From: Curvularia clavata
Taxonomy: Eukaryota
Length of the DNA stretch: 64,000 bases
Assembly: GCA_023920165.1 (NCBI GenBank)
Contig: CP089278.1
Span: 310,001-374,000 of the forward strand
Reading direction: 5' to 3'
The notes under the pieces are model-generated. The model saw only the letters and a program-made list of their open reading frames with translations, was not told the origin of the DNA and searched no databases. A program made the position numbers and the translations under genes. Positions 60,407 through 64,000 of the stretch are shown piece by piece. Numbering within the stretch: position 1 is the stretch's first letter; each line of letters starts with the position of its first letter.

Positions 60407-61230
60407 CAGTGGGGTGACAAAAAGAAAAAGTACAAGAAAAAATAACTATATCTCAGCTTATAGAATAGCTAAAAATAAGAAAACTTAACTCTTTTATAGA
60501 GATTTACTAGATTTTAGAGACAAGTGTTTTAAATACTGCTTAGTAATGTTACGACCCTGGAAAACCATGACACGCACGAGCCAGTAAGCAGTTTGGAGGA
60601 TTCCCACGTACGGGCACTGCGCCGCAATCCTGCAGCCGTGTCGCACCAGGTCACGTGATGTGCTCTGTGATCTGTAACGCTTGGCGGAACAGAGTAATAG
60701 AGCAACATGCATTTAATCTATTAATCTATAGTACTTAGCACGATAGAGCAACAGAGCACTCTATATAACACCTTAGTATATAGGAATAGACATTAAGCTC
60801 TTATAGCTCGATGTGTTCAACTTAAGTTACGAGTATAGTACCTACAATACAATAGTTACTGCAGAACCTTTGTTTATAACACACTGTTGCTTTATCCGCG
60901 AAAACCAACCAAAGAAGGTCTTGACACCAGAAGTCTTATATTACTTCCACTCGAGATTATACTCTTAACAAGTAAGTATATAGAATGTATAAATTAGCAC
61001 TAAAGTAGAGAGAAAAATGAATGCCAACTTTAAGCTATTATTTCGCGCTTATTTTTTTAGATTTTATATATATATCTATATATAGATAGATACTATTAGT
61101 CTATATATATATTATATATAGTTTTAAGTTATAGTTGTCTATCTAGTTAAATAGCTATATATATAAGTTATATTTTATTATTTAAATTAGATAATAATTA
61201 TAAATTACTATCTAATACTTAGTATACCAA
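60407..61230. mobile_element. RIP-degraded Tc1/mariner-like DNA transposon remnant (interrupted by solo LTR)
   Basis: TA followed by CAGTGGGGTGACAAAAAG (Tc1-type terminus) marks the abrupt switch to AT-rich, TpA-rich sequence. Confidence 0.45.
60547..60970. mobile_element. Solo LTR with 5-bp target-site duplication
   Basis: Starts TGTTA, ends TAACA, and is flanked on both sides by AGTAA (60542-60546 and 60971-60975). Confidence 0.85.
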
Positions 61231-61602
61231 TGTTACAAGTAATAAGGAAGGATCTCTCCTTGACGAGGCCGCATGGTAAGGGACTATCGGGCGACACGTC
61301 AGAAGGTTATGATCTCCGCGGGGCGAGATCACGTGATGCGCCATCTCGCCAAAGCTAGCCATCTGAGATGGCAGAGCATAATAAGATGGCAGCGGCATCT
61401 TAACCATCTCGCATAAGCAAGATAGACAAGATGTCAGGACTAGAAGTAATAGGTATAAGAATGTATTAGATTTCATTATTTACACTCGTTATAGTTAACT
61501 TAGCAAAGTATCTTTCTATAGTTACCTTTTATACTTAGATTGATACTAGTTATTCTATCTTCCAATAGAATTAGTTTTATCTATCTTTGTTAATCCCTAC
61601 TA
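61231..61602. mobile_element. Second probable LTR (degraded)
   Basis: Starts TGTTA and has a GC-richer core with the same TCACGTGAT palindrome as the first LTR. The right end is uncertain (possible CCAA duplication with CA>TA end). Confidence 0.45.
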
Positions 61603-61630
61603 CCAAATCGCTAGATAACTATTAAGAGTA

Positions 61631-62187
61631 ACGTAGTTTATAAGCGAGTCGGTCATATAAGCGAGTTGGTCACCCCTCTAGCTTTAATCACCCACCTTAA
61701 CTTTACGCGTAATATCTCTACACTACGCTTCTAAATTAACTTCTCACGAAGAAGATATTCAGCTTGCCCTTTCTTCTCTAGATAGTAATTAAATCTAGAA
61801 TATCTAACGCGCTACTATAGCCTTTAATATTCCGAAATTAATACTAATCGACTAACGCGCTAGAAGACACGCGTGGCGTAATTGCTAGCCTAATTTAAAG
61901 AAGCTATCGCAGCTAGAAGAGTAAGTAATTACTAGCTATATAATTGATCTCAATCTATATAGATTTACGTCTATCTATACTACTATACGAGATATAGCTG
62001 ATAAGCTACTAGCTACGCGCGACGCTAGCCAGGTTAGCATTTACTAGCCGCGCAACTTTGTCAAGCGTACAGACAGTCTTATAACGCGTTTTAATTAAGC
62101 GTATAATAGGTAGAGAGCCCTATATAAAGATCTAGTCTTAATTAAAAGCTAGTTTAAGCTTATAGAGCAGACGAAGACTAAATATAG
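61631..62187 (+). mobile_element. Fot1/pogo-family DNA transposon 5' part, heavily RIP-mutated transposase
   Basis: TA|ACGTAG terminus with direct repeats TAAGCGAGT(C/T)GGTCA (61641, 61658). Translates as EEDIQLALSSL..AFNIP..NLKKLSQLEE*VI..IRDIADKLLA..*PRNFVKR..R*RAL (HTH psq/CENP-B) with many stops. Confidence 0.8.
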
Positions 62188-64000
62188 TGTTAAAGTATGG
62201 GGTAGCTACTTATTCTACTAGTAGTAGACTCAGAGGTAGCTTGATCAAAGACTCAAGTAAGTAGTATATGCTAGGGGAGAGAGTTGATAGACACAATTAA
62301 CTTTGTATAAACTGCTCTAGTTTCTATCTACTAGCTATTCTACTACTATATATATTGGCTAGAGTAGATTCTAGAAGAATCTATCTAGTAGTAGCTTGCG
62401 TAATCTTTGGCGTCATAGACAGATGTCTATAGATCGATTATAGTCTTGATAGATCGACTATAGATTATAGAATCCAGGTGTGACTAAGCACCCAGATTCT
62501 ATCGTAGAGTAGCTGAGTAGCTTATCTACAACACGCCCCCTTAAGCTAGGAAGCTGTAATTTGGGATATATCTACTAGATTTGCTCCAAGTAGAAAGTCT
62601 CGAGTCTTGTCGGCGCTTGTAGCCTTAGTGAGACTGTCGGCTAGTAGACAGCTAGTGTTTTGATATACTAGCTGGATCTGTTTGGCTTCTACTTTCTCGC
62701 GAATGAAGTAGTATTGTATGTCAATATGTTTTGTCCTCGCGTGGTAGGCAGGATTTTTGGTGAGTTGAATGGCGCTTTGGCTGTCCGAGTAAACAGTAGT
62801 AGCTGTCGTGTTGGTGTCCGACAGTATTGGATATAGAGCTTTAATCTCTTTAACAAACTGAGTGAGATATATGCTCTGTTTGGCTGCTTCTCGGTAGGCC
62901 ATGAATTCAGCTTCTGCGCTAGATAGTGCCACTGTCGGCTGTAGCTTAGATAGCCAAGAAATGGCACAGTTGTTCTTGTTTAACTGAAGTAGAAATATGT
63001 ATCCAGTGGTGGATCTTCTACTATCAAAGTCGCCCCCCCAATCTGCATCAGTAGATCCGATTAGCTTAATCAGATTTGAGCTATTTGGTACAGATTGACT
63101 GTCTTTGGCGCTGTTTTGGCTGCCAGTATTGAGCTGATAGAGTAATCCTAGCTGTCTTGACTAGGATAGATATCCCCATAGGTAGTCTAGGCTGCTGAAA
63201 TGCTCAGTGCTTGGATTGGCCATAAATCTAGATAAAAGATTGACTGCGTAGGTAATGTCTGGCCGAGTAAAAATCGAGAGATAGATAAGAGAGCCAATTT
63301 GTTGTTGGTAAATATTGGTTGCGTTTGGAGTAGCTATTTGGCTGTTTCTGCTGAGCTTGATATTCTATTGCAGTGGAGTCTGCCTTAGCTTAATATCTTG
63401 CTTATTGAATCTAGCAAGTAGCCTTTGTAGATAGTTTTCTTAGATAATATAGATCGCTCGTCTAGATCTAATTACTTGGACTCCAAGAAACTCTGAGACG
63501 TCGCCTAGATCTTTGATCTCAAGCTTTGAGATAGCTGTTAGATCTTTAAATAGCTTGTATATGCTTTATTCTTGTTCTCCAAAAATAAGCAAGTCGTCTA
63601 CGTGAGTAGCTATAACAAGCTTCTGCTCGACATTGATATAAGTGGCAGTGTCAATAGACAGAGATTTGAAGCCTAGTTGTCCGAGTAGGCTTGCTAGTAG
63701 TTTCTGCCACTGTCTACTGGCTTGTTTTAGCCCGTATAGAGCCTTGTTAAGTAAGCAGACGTGCTGTGGATAGTGCTGATCTTGAAATCCTTCTGGCTGC
63801 TCGACGTATATAGTCGTGTCGATTAAAGCATTTGGGAAAGCTTGCTTGACATCCCAGCTTTTTATATGCCAGTTTTGAGCTGCTGAAATGGCTAGTAGTA
63901 GCCGGATTAGATCAGGCCGAGTAGTATTGGCAAATGTCTCGTAGTAGTTGACTCCAAGCTCTTGTTGAAAGCCTTTCGCTACCCAACGTGCTTTGAATAT
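62188..64000 (-). mobile_element. Ty1/Copia LTR retrotransposon 3' part (RT, RNase H, PPT, 3' LTR)
   Basis: Minus strand: [87 protein letters not shown]. Polypurine tract 62534-62540 and LTR 62188-62533 with TG..CA ends. Scattered stop codons. Confidence 0.93.

Noticed and set aside
1..64000. tRNA, rRNA or CRISPR arrays
   Set aside because: No cloverleaf with T-loop consensus, rRNA-like segment or repeat-spacer array was seen by eye; the sequence is eukaryotic.

Overview
Eukaryotic DNA from a filamentous ascomycete, shown by short GT-AG introns with CTRAC branch points and RIP-type C>T/G>A damage in repeats; Dothideomycete/Pleosporales-like is my inference. About 14 intact, mostly spliced genes are present: Zn2Cys6 transcription factor, Mks1-like DUF1752/DUF3295 regulator, CCT5, HP1, a 47-aa membrane microprotein, GT31 glycosyltransferase, two hypothetical proteins, BBE-like FAD oxidase, sulfite-oxidase-family protein, acyl-CoA oxidase, SIS-domain isomerase, GNAT acetyltransferase, L-amino acid oxidase and a Rid-family protein. 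Two ~9-10 kb gene-poor regions flank the Mks1-like gene, several decayed pseudogenes lie at 2.9-4.0 kb and 42.8-45.7 kb, and the last 3.6 kb is a nested, RIP-degraded transposon block (Tc1-like end, LTRs, Fot1/pogo, Ty1/Copia). The best candidate for an undescribed system is a head-to-head pair of a secreted L-amino acid oxidase and a signal-peptide-bearing RidA imine deaminase sharing a GATA-rich promoter, which suggests an extracellular amino-acid deamination module. Also notable are two long, highly structured introns in CCT5 (candidate intronic ncRNAs) and the microprotein. Exon boundaries were read by eye and no database searches were run.
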